Shown here one piece after another: positions 25,190-38,427 of a stretch of 53,692 nt of DNA. Below the pieces are notes generated by a model, which did not search any database, was not told the DNA's origin, and saw only the letters and a program-made list of their open reading frames with translations. Both the position numbers and the translations under genes were made by a program. The stretch spans positions 1-53,692 of the forward strand of contig JAHBMJ010000216.1 of NCBI GenBank assembly GCA_018398765.1. The letters are read 5' to 3'. The DNA comes from Chromera velia (Eukaryota). Each line of letters opens with the position of its first letter. Position 1 is the first letter of the stretch.

Positions 25190-25720
25190 TCTCACGTACA
25201 AGGAAATCTGTTCTATAACTTGAATAAAGTAGATTACACTCTAGAGTACACTATAGAGATTATAACGATAGAATCATTAATGCTAGAAGTAATGTACACA
25301 CGTTAGGGCTAGCATTAGGGACATGCACACGTTTGTAAGACTCTAGGGGTACTGGCCTTCTCTAGGGCCTTCTGTCACCTCTTGCAACAATAAATAAGAA
25401 TATATTTCCGGCTATGGCAAATTAAATAAATACTAGCAGAATCAAAATTAGAATTATCAATCAAAATTAAATCTCAAAATAAAACTATAATTATAGAATT
25501 ATAACTAAAACTCTAGCTAGAACTAACTAAAAGTCTAAAACTGAATATGACTTCTTTAAGTTACTAGTAGTCTGCTGGTATGAAAATTAAGCTTTATATA
25601 TATTGCCTGGTAGGTTTAGTCACTACCGCTTTAGCTACCGCTACAAGTTTATTTCTAAATGGATGTTATACTAGATGATTTGCTGATTATGGAGCTAACC
25701 AGCAAGCCATTCCTTTGTCT
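25190..25720. other. AT/TpA-rich island, probable heavily mutated repeat relic
   Basis: Composition shifts abruptly to dense TA, CTAG, TATA and TTA (e.g. CTAGAGTACACTATAGAGATTATAACGATAG; CTCTAGCTAGAACTAACTAAAAGTCTAAAA). It lacks the SSRs of the flanks and has many stop codons. Confidence 0.5.
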
Positions 25721-26511
25721 AAAAAAATCTTTTTGCATATTGATGTTACGGTCTGTCCGTTTTGGCTCAAGGGTAAAAGGAGAAAAAACTTTTCTAACAA
25801 TATTCAAATAACGACAAAAGAGACAAAAAAAGAGCCATGTAGAGAATCCAGCACTGCCCTCAGCAGCAGTCCATTCAAACAACAAGGAAATCTAGTCATC
25901 GCACATGCAGACTCTCCATTGCGAAGAGTGGAAGCTCATGCATGGCAGTGAAAGTGCACACATATGCAGACCCTCACAATCCACGCACCACCGGAACAAA
26001 TGAAGGAAACTCATTTGCATGCGACCACGCACTCACTCACTCACCAGCGCAGAACAGTGAAACAACATGACATTGTGAAGAGGAAACCTCAACAAGGTCT
26101 ACGGTACAATTGAAAACAGTCAGTCTTTCTGCCTGTTTGTGACCCTTCTCTCTCTTTCTCTCTGTCTCTCTCTCTCTCGCATGATCATCTCGTTTGAGAG
26201 AGATCTCACGGACAATTGACGCTTCACGCTTACTGCCTGCCCCCTTCTCGGGAGGGAGACTGGCCGGCCTGCCTCGATCCCTCCCATCTTCTTAATTCTT
26301 CTTCTGCATGTGAACGGGGAGGGATGACCCGACGACGACAACGACAAGACAAAGGAAAAAAAGGAATCGGAAGCCTTCACGACGTGCCGGCAAGTGTAGA
26401 CACATGCAGGCGTTTCTCTCACATCAGTAAGGAGAGATCAGATCACCCTGAGAGTCTATGCCGGCCCGTTTTTCCACTACTTCCCCCCAGCACAGCACCA
26501 CTGCGGAACTG

Positions 26512-29088
26512 CTACATGTCTCGCTGCCCTGGTGATGCTGCTGCGCCTCCTCCTGCTGAGATATTTTGACTTCTGCCAAAGTCGGGCGAGGGCGCTCTGC
26601 TCTGGAGACGGTCAACCGTTTCATCACGATGGCACTGATCTCCTTCCAAGCCCATCTGCCTTTCTTTTTCTTTGTCTTTCTCTCCGCTTTCCCCTCTCGA
26701 TCTTGATCCTCCATTCTGTTGAACTTCCAACCTTTGGTTCTCTTCTTCCTCTCCACAATCAAAATCATCAGATTCCTCTTCCTCTTCTCTCGACGAAGAG
26801 GTCGAGTGTGCACCTCCAATTACAGTCGGGGGAGGGAGGGAGAATCCTGCAGAGGACTTGGCTCTCCTCACCTCATCTCTCACCGTCTCTGGCGAGCTGC
26901 TAGTGCTCTTGCTCTTTCCTGCCCAACCGTCCGTCCCCCCCTCTGCCCGTTCTCCTCCTTCCGTGCATTTGTACGCTGCAGAAGCCTTGGAGGCAGAGGC
27001 AAAGGAGGCTGCCTTCATTTTCAAGCCGTCCCCAACCGGGGAAAGAAAGAACATGTCAGTGCTGTTACTATTCACACCATGACCCTCCAAGTCTAATTCC
27101 GAGACAGGTGCCAAGGCCCTACCCCCACTGCCGTTTTCTCTCCCCCCCCCACCGGCACTGGACGACGAAAACAGCTTCCCTCTCCGACCCATCCAAATCA
27201 AAACAGCAGCAGTCACAGTGGAGAAAAACGCAATGGCAGAGACAATCACCAGGCCCCACACAAGGCCACGCACTTGCCGTCTCTTCTGATCTAACTCTGC
27301 CTCATAAGCCCGAGACGGATACTGCCGGGGCCGTCTGGTACGTGGGAGACGGGGTCGGGATGCTCGAGGGTCTCTGGGATTGTTGAACTGCGGGGCAGAG
27401 GGTCCCGGTGTCACAGGGAAACGAGGACCCTCAGAAGGACCCTCACCCACAACCTCTCCCTCCTCTTCCTGCTGTTCTGAAGGGAAAGCAGAGATCCCAT
27501 CCTCACCCAAATCTCCAGCAAAGTTCTGCACTTGTCTCTGCAGCTCTGAGCCCATCGTGCTGCCCCAATAGTCCCGGAGCATCTCGGCAACTCTCCGCTT
27601 GCTGTTCGCACTGAAGGGGTCAGGCACATCTGCAGCCAGTGGGAAGGAAGGAAGGAAGGAAGACCAGTGATGATTAGGAGGAGGAAAAGGAAAAGGAACT
27701 GGTGACAAAGATGAAAAAAAGACCTTCGAGGCTTTCTGGAGGAGAAAACGAGTGAAGGCGAAACTTCCGTCGAAATGAGCGGCAAAAGAAAGCAAAAAGT
27801 AAGTGCGGAGAAGAGAAGGATCCATACCTCTTTACTAAAACAGGCTTGCATGGAGGCGCTAATGATTCACCAACGAGTAGACAGACAGAAGCGCAAACAT
27901 TTCATGAGATGAGATCACCCGGCATGGATCCTTCAGATCACACGCGAGATAGGAACAAGGATTTATTCTGTCGATCGTCAAATAATACTGCTATGAGCTT
28001 GAGGGAATGTGCTTTGCATTGCAACACAGCAGCACTCCCCCCCAGCTGCCCACTCACCGCGCAATTCCGCCATTGGACTAGGATCGCCGCAAAGGTCCCC
28101 CATCCACTCCAGGGGGCACACGCACTCGTTAGGAAGACCGGAAGGCATCGCCACGCAGACGCCCCTATTCTCACAGGGCCCTCCCGACAACCCACAAGGT
28201 ACCCTCCCTTGCTGATCCTCCGGGAGAGGCACCGCAAGGTTCACAATTCCCACCTGCATACATACCAGGACCCCCACCATCAGATTGAGCGATCGAGTAC
28301 GAATACAATGGTGAACAGTATCAAACAAGGCATGAGAAGAAGGCAGGAAAGAAGTAAAAGGAGGAGGGGAATGAAGGAAGAAATCCATTCGACTTCAGGA
28401 GAATGACGTGCAAGAAAATGTGCATGACGGCCCAGTCTCTTCTTGTCTTTTCTTCTTCTGTTACTTTCGACGAACACACAGCCAGACAGACCATGTGTCT
28501 GGGTTCTCTTCCCTCTCCTTCCCTCCCTCCACTCATCAATCGAAAGGGACAGACGGACAGAGCAGAGAAATAAAGACAGACAGAGCGACTGACAGACGTA
28601 CTTGTTGCCAATTTTCCTCCTCGCCGCAGTTGTCGTAGCAGTGACACGCAAGAACGCGGGCAGGTTCTGCAGCCTCCCCCCCGTGAAGAGAGTCCCGAAA
28701 AGTCAAATTCACCCACGCTTGGACCCCCCCGATCTCGAAATCGGGGCCGGTGTCACATTCGCCTTCCGGCCCCGTCTGCCCATGCATGAGCAACGATCAA
28801 GAGCACCATGCAGACAATGAATGAGGCATACGCAAAAAAGAAATCAGAATCTAAACATTCACCTCACACATCTACGCACCCACTCCTGCTCCTTCCGCCT
28901 TCGTCTTCCGGCCATGAAACCCCGCACGAGCAGTAAGGCAGAGAGGGAGGGCATGCCGATCCAAAAGAGAGACATGTGTGAGAGAAATGAATGCACAGAA
29001 AAAGAAACGAACCAAGAGAACGAATGAACGCAACAGTTACCACTTGTGCCCGTCCTGTCCGACCACTTCAACCTGGAAACCCCTCTCG

Positions 29089-29156
<68 letters not shown>

Positions 29157-32100
29157 TGGGAGTGAGTGAGCGTGTGGAGGACGGTGAATGCCACTATGCC
29201 TTCATTTGCCCTTTTGTTAATTCATGAGCCGGACACAAGCAAAAGCTCGTCACCTGCTGACCTGATCTCCGTCACATTTCACATTCACTGCGGCTCTGCA
29301 TCCTCTCTCTGGCTCCACGAACTCCAGCCTGCTCTGCTCAGGGTGGTAGATCCAGTCGCTCACGCCGTACCCGTTCACCAGGAACCTGAAGGCATTCTTA
29401 GAAATTCATTCATTCATTCCTTCATCTCCAGTGCAAGTAATTAAAGGGATGATGAATACAAATCCGATTTGTCCCGGCCTGCGCATAGATCAAAATGACG
29501 ACGCGATGGATGTTGCACGGAAGCAGACAGGCTGAGCCTTCTTGGAAGCTTCGAGAAAGACTTAGCTAGTTTTTTTTTGCTTCATCTTCACTTCTCTTCT
29601 TTTCTCTTCTCTTCGCTTAGTTTCTTTCGTGTCCATAGGCAGAGGAAGGAAGAGACAGAACTGCAGATTCCCGAAAAAACTATTAATTATTCCACGTGAG
29701 GGACTTCGAGTGAGGGGGCCGACCGACCCACCGACCGACAGACACACACAGAGAGCATGCAGAAAGAACACGCCGCCCCGGCTCAATCAACTCTTTAATT
29801 CCTCGTGCGGCCCCCCTTAAGACCCACCCCCCCACTCACGTTCTCAACCACTCCGACACGCGGTCATCCACCACCAGAGTGCGCTCTGCCGTGGGGTCAC
29901 CCGACGCGCCCTCGACGAGGACTGTGCCTGCCTGCACAACAGACAGACAAGACAGACAACGGGAGAAAAGAAAAGAAAAGAATAAAGGGTGAAGACTTGA
30001 CCTATCTGGGTGAAAGGACGAGGGAGAGCGGAGGAGGGAGGGTCGACTCACGGACACAGACAGTGATCTCTCCCCTCAAGCACACAGAGCTTGTGCGTGA
30101 CAGATTCCACACAAGAAAAAAACAGCTGGCAGGAAACCGGGGCGCTCGTTGGACTGATATTCATACAAAGCAGGTAGAGAAAAGGGAGGAAGGCGGATCG
30201 GCAGCCCATCCCCCAATCCGAAAAAAACGCCATCCAATGAAAGCAGAGCACATGCGCCCACCTGTAGCCACTTAACTTCGGTGAGCGTCTCATCCGCGCA
30301 CTCATTTCCCCACAGACAGACGCAAATGTCATAGTCGCCTGCAGGGAGGGAGCGAAGAACTCATTTCATTAGTCCATTTTACTTGCATCTGTAGGGATTG
30401 CTCTCAGTGTTGACGTGGAAGTGATTGACAAAGACAAACGGCTGTCGGGCTACGGCTGCTAGAAGAGATCTCAACGGAGAAGAAGGGGAGAAAGGCAGTG
30501 GAGAGAGAAAACACACCCACGGAAAGTGTGACTAAGAGAGAGAGAAACAGAGAGAGGGAGACAGACTGTATGGTTTCTTTCCCCCCTTTGCTTCATGAAC
30601 ACAGACACACAGACAGCTAGAGAGACAGAGAGTCCCGCCTAACTGACTGACCGGGAATATCGATCTGGACATCTCTCCACACCAGAGTTTGCAGCTCCAG
30701 TTCTCGGTGCCCCCCTCCCCCAAATTCAAATTCCGCACCGATCAAGTCTCGCGCCTCACCAGTCATCGGGTGATCGCCTGTTCTGTCAATCACTCGTGCC
30801 ACGTCTTTCTTCTCACTGTCCATACACGATGGAACTTCCTTACCGTTCTCGTCGAGCCTCTCTTTCCTCCCGTCCACGATCTTGATCCGAACTCCAGGAC
30901 GTGCCTGTGAAACAGCACAACAGCAAAACAGAACGGAGTATGTGGAACGTTAAATTGAGAGAAGGGAAAAGTTCTGCGCGGGTGAGAATGGGAAGAAAAA
31001 GGACAAATTGCATGACCATTTCTACCTTGCAGGCAGACAGGAGGTAAACACAAGAACCAAACACACCCACGCAAAAGCAAATGTTAAGCATCTTTCTTTC
31101 AAAAGTCCCCTCGAAGAATTCGTTCAGACAGACTGCATGTCCCTCCATGCATGAAGGAAGGATGAGTCCTTGCAAGGCCACCTGCTCGCTGACTGACAGT
31201 CATAAAACACATGTACATGCAGGTATGCACAATAAGCCCATGGGCGTTTTTCAATCCAACCATGGTGTCCTCCCTCCACTTGACTGACTGACTGACTGAC
31301 CATAGGTGGGTCCATGTTGTCGATCCCGACCGCCACTTGGAGCTTTTGTCCTCTCTTTGTCTTCGTTTGTTGGAACGAGGCAAGCCTGGGGATCTGCACT
31401 CTGCTCGCTTCCGGTCCAAGGATTGGATAGGGCACGTTCCACTCTGTGTCCCCGAAAGTCCACGTGGCAAGAGCGTGAGTGACGCCCTCGGGGGCGGAGA
31501 AGTTGAAACAAAGAAGGTCGACAGGATTCGGTTGGAAGAAGGCAAACACTCCAGGAGGGTTGTCCGAGAACCGCTCTTCATCAGGTGCCAATTCAGTATC
31601 GGCTACACAAGATGCTGTGTCGAAAAGGTGAAGGTCTTCGGCTGTTGGCGCGGTAAAGTCGTTTGTGCTAACGTCCTTTGCAACAATGCTGAACTCAGAG
31701 ATCAAGAAGTCCTCTTCCTTGGCATCTGTCTCGCAAAGAAACGGAAAACGGTTCTCACAGTCAACTGCCTTGAAGAAGAAGTCACCCCCATCAACGATCA
31801 CACAGTCAGGCTCGCACTCATCTCTGTGATCTCTTCCCTCTCCTCTACAGAGCGCAGTCTTGTTGGGATCTGCTTCCCAATTGAAGAAGGACGCAGGCTG
31901 CCCCTCTGCATCCTTCCATACGCCAATTTCGTCCCTGTCATTCAGGCCAGTCCAGCAAGAATCAGCTCTGAACATCTCAGTAGCCTTCAAGTTGCACTCA
32001 TGGGCAAAGCTGCGAACGTTTTCAGGAGCCCTGATGTTGCTGAACAGAGTTCCATTATACTGGTATTTGCAAAAGAGCCTTGCTGCATTCCAAGACATCG

Positions 32101-32212
32101 GGATGTCCGACAGAATGTGGCATTTGTCACCGTTAAGGTCACCCGCCAGGCAGTGCTTTCTGCCTTCTGCCGCCACCCCCAAAAGGAAGATGGCACCAAC
32201 GACTCCCCTCAT
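26512..32212 (-). CDS. Type I membrane protein: signal peptide, C-type lectin domain, uncharacterised region, EGF-like domain, TM, S/G/E-rich cytoplasmic tail (~999 aa, 9 exons)
   Basis: Phase-consistent exons: 32212-31301, 30904-30652, 30455-30387, 30338-30277, 29931-29840, 29385-29262, 28775-28602, 28253-28058, 27629-26512 (sum 3000 nt). Signal MRGVVGAIFLLGVAAEG. CTLD motifs MSWNAARLFC...CWTGLNDRDEIGVWKD...FFNWE...EPDCV...VDCENRFPFLCE. EGF CGLSGGPCENRGVCVAMPSGLPNECVCPLEWMGDLC. TM GLVWGLVIVSAIAFFSTVTAAVLIWM followed by GRRGK. Confidence 0.85.
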
Positions 32213-32982
32213 ACCGACGCACTAGCGTATCAGTCAATCAAGAGATACGATGCCCCTTCAACAAAGAACAGACAATGCAAACAGACTAAACAACCCCGGA
32301 ACGCGTGGCAGAAGCTGCACCAACTGAAGCCACACGTAGTTCCTGCTCTGTAAGCTGCCGGTAAGCCTTTGCCAGTCCAAAATACACGTCGCCAGATCAT
32401 GCCAGATCTTCACTTTGTTTAGGTGCAAGTGCGTGCGTCTCCTTTTGCAATGGCGGATCAATCGGCGCCCTGTTGTGGTCCCGGAAAGTCCGCGCGAATG
32501 TGCATGCGGGAATATGCGGGATGGTGGGAAATTTGGTGGCCCGGGAAAGCGCAACTTTTGATCTGTAGCTAGACCCGGCCGGGCGGCCACGGCATGCATG
32601 CCGGATGAAATCCATTTCTGCATGCAGCCTGGGGCCACGGCTTGCGAAGCAACGCCATACAAAAGGAGACGCTATGAGACGCTTCATGGCCGCTGGATTC
32701 ACGGCTGCCGGAGTCGGCAATCCCTTGTTCCGTGCTGCTCCTGAAGTGCTTCTTTGTGTGGCAATTTCTTGTGTAAAAGTGATGAATGAATGAGTGAACA
32801 CCACTCCTGCACAGCCTGGGCATCCTTCTTTGTACCTTTTCTTCATTTGAAAATTCAAGTGAAGGGTGCTCGTCCGGACTTCTTCTGTACATATCTGTGG
32901 TCTGGATCGACTTTTCCCACAACTCCCTGATTGAACGTAGAGAACATTTGTGAGAAGGCTGTAGCAGGAGGGAGAGTGGACT
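32213..32982. promoter_or_regulatory. Putative bidirectional promoter region
   Basis: A 770-bp SSR-free, CpG-containing interval lies between the divergent start codons of the lectin-EGF gene (32212, -) and the WSC-TSP1 gene (32983, +). Promoter function is inferred from the geometry alone. Confidence 0.55.
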
Positions 32983-35900
32983 ATGAGGTTGTCAGAGGAA
33001 TGGCTTGTGCTGCTTGCAGCCGGCCTTTTTTCTTCTGTAAGAGCGGGGACTTCCCCTTCAGTTTTTCAACTACAGAGGCTTCTTCCATCATTACCAACCT
33101 TCTTTTCGCCACCCGCAATTGAATGTCAGTCAGTCTTTTTCATCCCAAGCCCATTCTGACCAGCTGTGCACCATCTGCCTTTCTCCGAATCACTGCCTTG
33201 CCATATTTCTCGGCTTTCTTTTCTTGCCTTCTGTTGATTTCTGCACTGCAGATGACGAGAGTTCACAGGCAGAGTGCGTGGAGCTTCCAGAAACCCTCAG
33301 AGAAAAAATTACGCTCTTCTCCGCGGGTCTGGAGGCAGAGGAGATCTCACACGACCACTGTGCTCTTTACGCTGCAAGACATGGGAAGAAATTCGCTCTC
33401 GTGGTGGACGAGGGATGCTGGCCAACCGACGAATTGCCGGGCCCCCCCCTCCCGCCAAATCGGTGCAGTCTCCCCTGTGGAGGAAATCTGCAACAGTCCT
33501 GTGGAGGGCAACGGGCAGCATCAGTCGTACCCCGATCCCGTCAGTCAAGGAGCTCTCATTTTTTCTTTTTCTCTTGCTTGTAAATCGTTGCTGCGACAGG
33601 TCGCTCTGCCTCACTGAGACCCCGCGCTGCTTTTTCTTTTTCTTCTTTTTTCCCTGATGTGGACTGACGGACTTGCTGGCTGAAAAGACTCATGGGTTGG
33701 TGTTTTGTGCGTTTTTGTGGCCTCTGTGTCAATCGTTTTTTGTGTTGCAGTGATGAGAGAACACGAAGAACTCTCGATGATGAAAGTCGCAACAGAATCC
33801 TCAGACGGTCGGTCGGTGTTTTGTCCGTCGTCCCTTGGACATGTGCTCTGCCGCTTTTCTCTCTCTCCTCTCTCCTCTTTCTCCCCCTCCCCCCCCCNCC
33901 CCCCGCCCCCCCCTCTCTCCCGCGGGCGCGTGTGTGTGTGTGTTCGTGAGTGCGTGCGTGGGTGCGCGAATACACCACACCTCAATTTATGCAATCGAAC
34001 AAGCTGGACTGTATGGGGAGAGGGTGGTCAGGATGGGTCACCAACAAATGCAGAAAAGCAACGTATAACCTCCCCCCTTCTTTTTTCCGTTTCCAGTCCC
34101 CTCCTCTTCTCTTTGCTCTTTTGCGGAAGTATGCACACCTTTCCTGACGTAACTGCTCTGTTACCCCTCTTCTGCTCACTTCTCTTCGCCCTCCCTCTCC
34201 TCAGTTTCAGCCTGTTCTTTCCTCCGTTCTTCGCTGGGTATGGTTCATGTGTTTGGTTTGTGTCTTTCTCACAAGTTTTCTTATTTTTTTCCTGTCTTGT
34301 GCCGGAACGGGAATGTCTCCTCGACTGAGAGAGAGTGGGTGATTCGTCTCGTTGTTTCTTACGTGTTTCTTTTCTTTTGATCGAGAGAGACATCCGGGCA
34401 TCGATCGATTGATCGTCTCGTTGCTTCCCTTGACCTTTCGTTTTTCTTCTCACCATCCATGTCCATGGCCTCGTGTGTTGAGCGCGTTTGATCGCACATT
34501 CATTCTTTTGGTTTGTTCAATTCCCCCCTGCCTGCTGCAGACAACTGCTACAGCATGCGTCTGTTTGGGGGAAAGTTTCGGCTCGGGAAGAACTATTTTC
34601 TCCTCTGGAGAAACAATTCTTATGAGAACTGCAAAAAGAAGTGCACACAGTCAGCGTCTGGCAACTTCCACTTCATGGGTCTGGCAGGAGGGAGGAAGTG
34701 CTACTGCTTGGAGGAGGAACCGACAAAAAAGGTGGGGCTGCTCTTCCCTCTCTTTGGCCACTCACGTGCGGCTTTTGACTGCACTGCACGTCTCCGCTTG
34801 CACTCTGTCAACCTTGGTTTGTTTCCCTCTCTGTGCGCTTGGATTCCAAGAAGGGCCTCGCAAAATATCGTGGAACTACTCTCTGCCGTGCACGATTTCT
34901 CGTGCCTGTGCAGGCAACTGCATGCTCACTGCGCTTGCTTCCCTTCTTCCTTCCTCGCTTGTGCATGCACGCACTTATGCAGACAAACGGGTGCACGATT
35001 CCCTGCTCCGGCAACAAATCAGAAATGTGCGGATCGTGGAGGGCCGTGACGGTGGTGGGAATCAGCGGGTCGCAGATCGGTGCGCCGACTCCCTCCCCCA
35101 CACTAACTACCTCTGAGCTTGTGCGCACAACGACCCCCCATCCCGCCATCAAACCCGCTGTGCCCACCTCCTACCCCTATCATCGGAGCTCGTTCGGACC
35201 CATGGGCCCGACGGAGATGCCGGCATCGAGGGGGGCTTCCGAAATCGTACCCACGGAGTTTGCATCTGTGGCAAGTGAGTGTCTCCTTTGCTTTCCGATG
35301 TGGGAGTGTTTTTGTTTTTCGTTCTTCACTTATTCGTGAATGCCGTCCCTCGTTGTCTTCTGTACATTCTTTCTTCCTATACACTCTGCTGAGGGACAAC
35401 GAACGGATCATTTCTTCCTTCCGTTGAGTGAATGCTGGTAACTAAAGCAAAATAGCCATGCAGCCTGTCGGGAGGGAAGGCGCACTAAGTTGAGCTGGCA
35501 GCGTTCGTTGTGTGCAGGATCGATCCGTGCCGCTATGCTTTTTGTTTCGTGCCTGTCCTCTCTTCATTCGTCATTAGTATACATGAATGAAAGCAGCCAC
35601 GTCTGTTCGGCATTTTCAGCAAAGAACAGGTGAATAGACGGACACGCACGCTCACCACCAACTTTTTTCTCTCTGACTCTTTCTCTCTCTCTCTGTCTTG
35701 CAGATGTGGACTGTGTTGTGGGTGACTGGGGCGTCTGGGGCGAATGCACTGCGACCTGTGGGGAGGGCGTGCGGGTCCGGAACCGGCCTGTGACGGTATA
35801 CCCTTCAGGCGAGGGCGCTCCTTGCCCTGCGCTCAACCAGACAGAGACGTGTGGAAACTTCGCTTGCCGTAAGTCGTCAGCATTAGAACCTGCATGCCTA

Positions 35901-37230
35901 GGTGGAAGAGTAGACGAGGGGGGATGGAATGCGTGGATTTGAAACAGCAAACAGACGCGAAGAGAGGCAAAGTCGAACTGAGCCGTGGGCTTCCATATTG
36001 GGCCTCTGTGTGATTTCATGGAACAGCAACACCGAAGGCCGACAGAAAAAAATGCACTGCGTCTCTCTCTCTCTTTCTTTCTCTCTGGGCATGTGTTTCT
36101 GTGTGCGTAACTCTGTATTTCACTTTTTGGTCGTCACTCCTTCCTCTTCTTTGTTCCCTAAATTTTCACACATGACCCTCTTCCTTCCTTCCAGCGCCCT
36201 GCATGAACTACTGTGAATGCAGGCGTTTCCCGTTTCTCCTCTTTCTTCTCTTGGTCTTTCTTCGATCGATGCACTTTGTCTGTCTGCATGTTCTTGAAAG
36301 AGGTGGCTTTCTGATGTCTTGGAGAAAATCAAGGGAAGATACGCTCAATCATTTCTTTTGAATTTTCCGTTTCTGTCTGTGCATTTTGTTGTTGTCCTTC
36401 TCTGCGTGACTGACTAATCCGTTCGTTTGCCTTCAGAAGGTTTTGTTTCAGCTTTCAAATGAACATCCATTTGACTGAACGGATGGATGTGTTGCAGCCG
36501 TGGACTGCAAACTTTCGGAATTTGGGCCTTGGGGGGAGTGCTCCGTCTCGTGCGGCGTCGGTGAGAGACAACGGATGAGGAGAATAGAGGCCCCTACCAA
36601 GGCGGGAGGAAGGCCCTGCCCGTGCGAGTCTGCGTTGATTGAAATTTCGTCGTGCGAACTTCCGGACTGCCGTCAGTCTACTCACTTCACAGTCGTACGC
36701 GGTTTCGTCCCTTTTGTAGTGCCATGCACGTGGGCGAGTTGATATCAGACTCTCCCTGTGTTTCTCTTTCCCCCTTTCTGTCCTTCCCGTTCCTCATCGC
36801 CCCCCCTCTGTGTACGCGTGTATGTATGCGAGTGTGTCTGTCTCTTCATGCATCCGTAGACTTATTGAGTCACAACCTGTCTCTTTCTCTGAGTGAAATT
36901 GCGAAGTGCGTTGCCGAGTGGGAAATGGTTCGGCTTATGCTTCCTTCTCTCTCCTGTTGATATGCAGCGACGGACTGCGTGGTGACTGGGTGGAGTGAGT
37001 GGTCTGCTTGTAGCGCTACCTGTGGAACGGGGCAGAAACATAAAACCAGGATGATCAGACAGAAGGAACTGAACGGAGGGCGGACGTGTCCTGCGGAGTC
37101 GGAGCTTTTCGATGCAATCGAGTGCAATGAAAAGGACTGCCGTCAGTCTCCTTCATCTTTTTTTTTTTTTTTTTTACTTTTCGATGCGATCGAGTGCAAT
37201 GAAAACGACTGCCGTCAGTCTCCTTCATCT

Positions 37231-37278
<48 letters not shown>

Positions 37279-38390
37279 TGTGCACTACTGTGTCTCTTTC
37301 TCTCTCAGCCTGTCAATCCTTTCGTCTCTCTCGCTATGTTTCTCTCTTCCAAACTTCTCTTCACTTTGCGCACCTGCTCTGTCTGGTGCCTCCCTGAGGG
37401 TTTAAAGAGTAGAGGATTGAAGGAAGAGAAAAAGACAGAAGAGAAGAGAAGAGGACACCGGTCCCCTCCCCTGTTTCGCCGTTCCTGTCTCCCGAGTGTC
37501 ACACCCCACTGAGGCCTCCCAAAATGAAGGGATGGATCGAGTGAAGGCAGTGCGAGGTCTAAATGCCATAAAGTGACCCATGCAAGATCGAAAATAAGGA
37601 AACTCAAAATGCGTGTTCTTTTCGCATGCGCAGCCATCGACTGCAAGATGTCTGAGTGGCAACCTTGGACCCCGTGCGACGCCGAGTGCGGAGAAGGAAC
37701 GAGGAGCCGAAGGAGGGAGGTGACGGTCGAGCCAACTGCCGGAGGGAAAAAATGCGGCCTGGTGGAAGAAAATGAAGCGTGCCCGGGTCTCCCGCCTTGC
37801 CGTGAGTCTTTCCCAGACAGTTTGTTTGTTTTTTGGCTTGGTGTCGCAGCTTAATTTCTTACTTTCCGTTTCTGTCTGTCTGAGTGTTTCCTTTCCTTTT
37901 CTGCTTCCCTGTTTGGCCGAGCTGTCTGGCAGGCTCTCATTTCATTTCATGGTTTCTTGACTTGTCGGCTTTCTTGCTTGCTTGCTTCCTTCCTTTCCCT
38001 TTTTTTGTTTTTCTCGCTTGCTCTCTTCCTTTCTCCGACTCTTCCTTCCTTCCTTTCTTCCCTTCTTCGTCCTTTCTTCTCCTCTCTTTGCTGCCCTTGT
38101 GTCTAGCTGCCTCTCTTCCTCGTTTTGTTTTTCTCCTTTATTTGGCATTTTCAATTTCTCGTTCCTCCATGCATGCAGCTGTCGACTGCGAAGTCGGTGA
38201 GTGGTCCGAGTGGTCCTCTTGCTCTGCCACTTGTGGAGATAAGGGCGTGAGATTCCAAACGCAGTCGGTGACCCAGAAGGCAGAACACGGGGGAGAGGCC
38301 TGCCCTCCTTTGCAGAAAAAAGTCGGGGAGTGCGAACCTCTCGATCCCTGCCGTCAGTCATCAGAACATCCAAAGAGGCTGTGTGTGTGA

Positions 38391-38427
<37 letters not shown>

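Noticed and set aside
29039..29071. Candidate micro-exon (VEVVGQDGHK) in the lectin-EGF gene
   Set aside because: Its obvious donors leave phase 2, whereas the flanking exons join directly in phase 0.
31337..32353. 338-aa plus-strand ORF
   Set aside because: It is the antisense shadow of the C-type lectin exon, which has the recognisable motifs and signal peptide.
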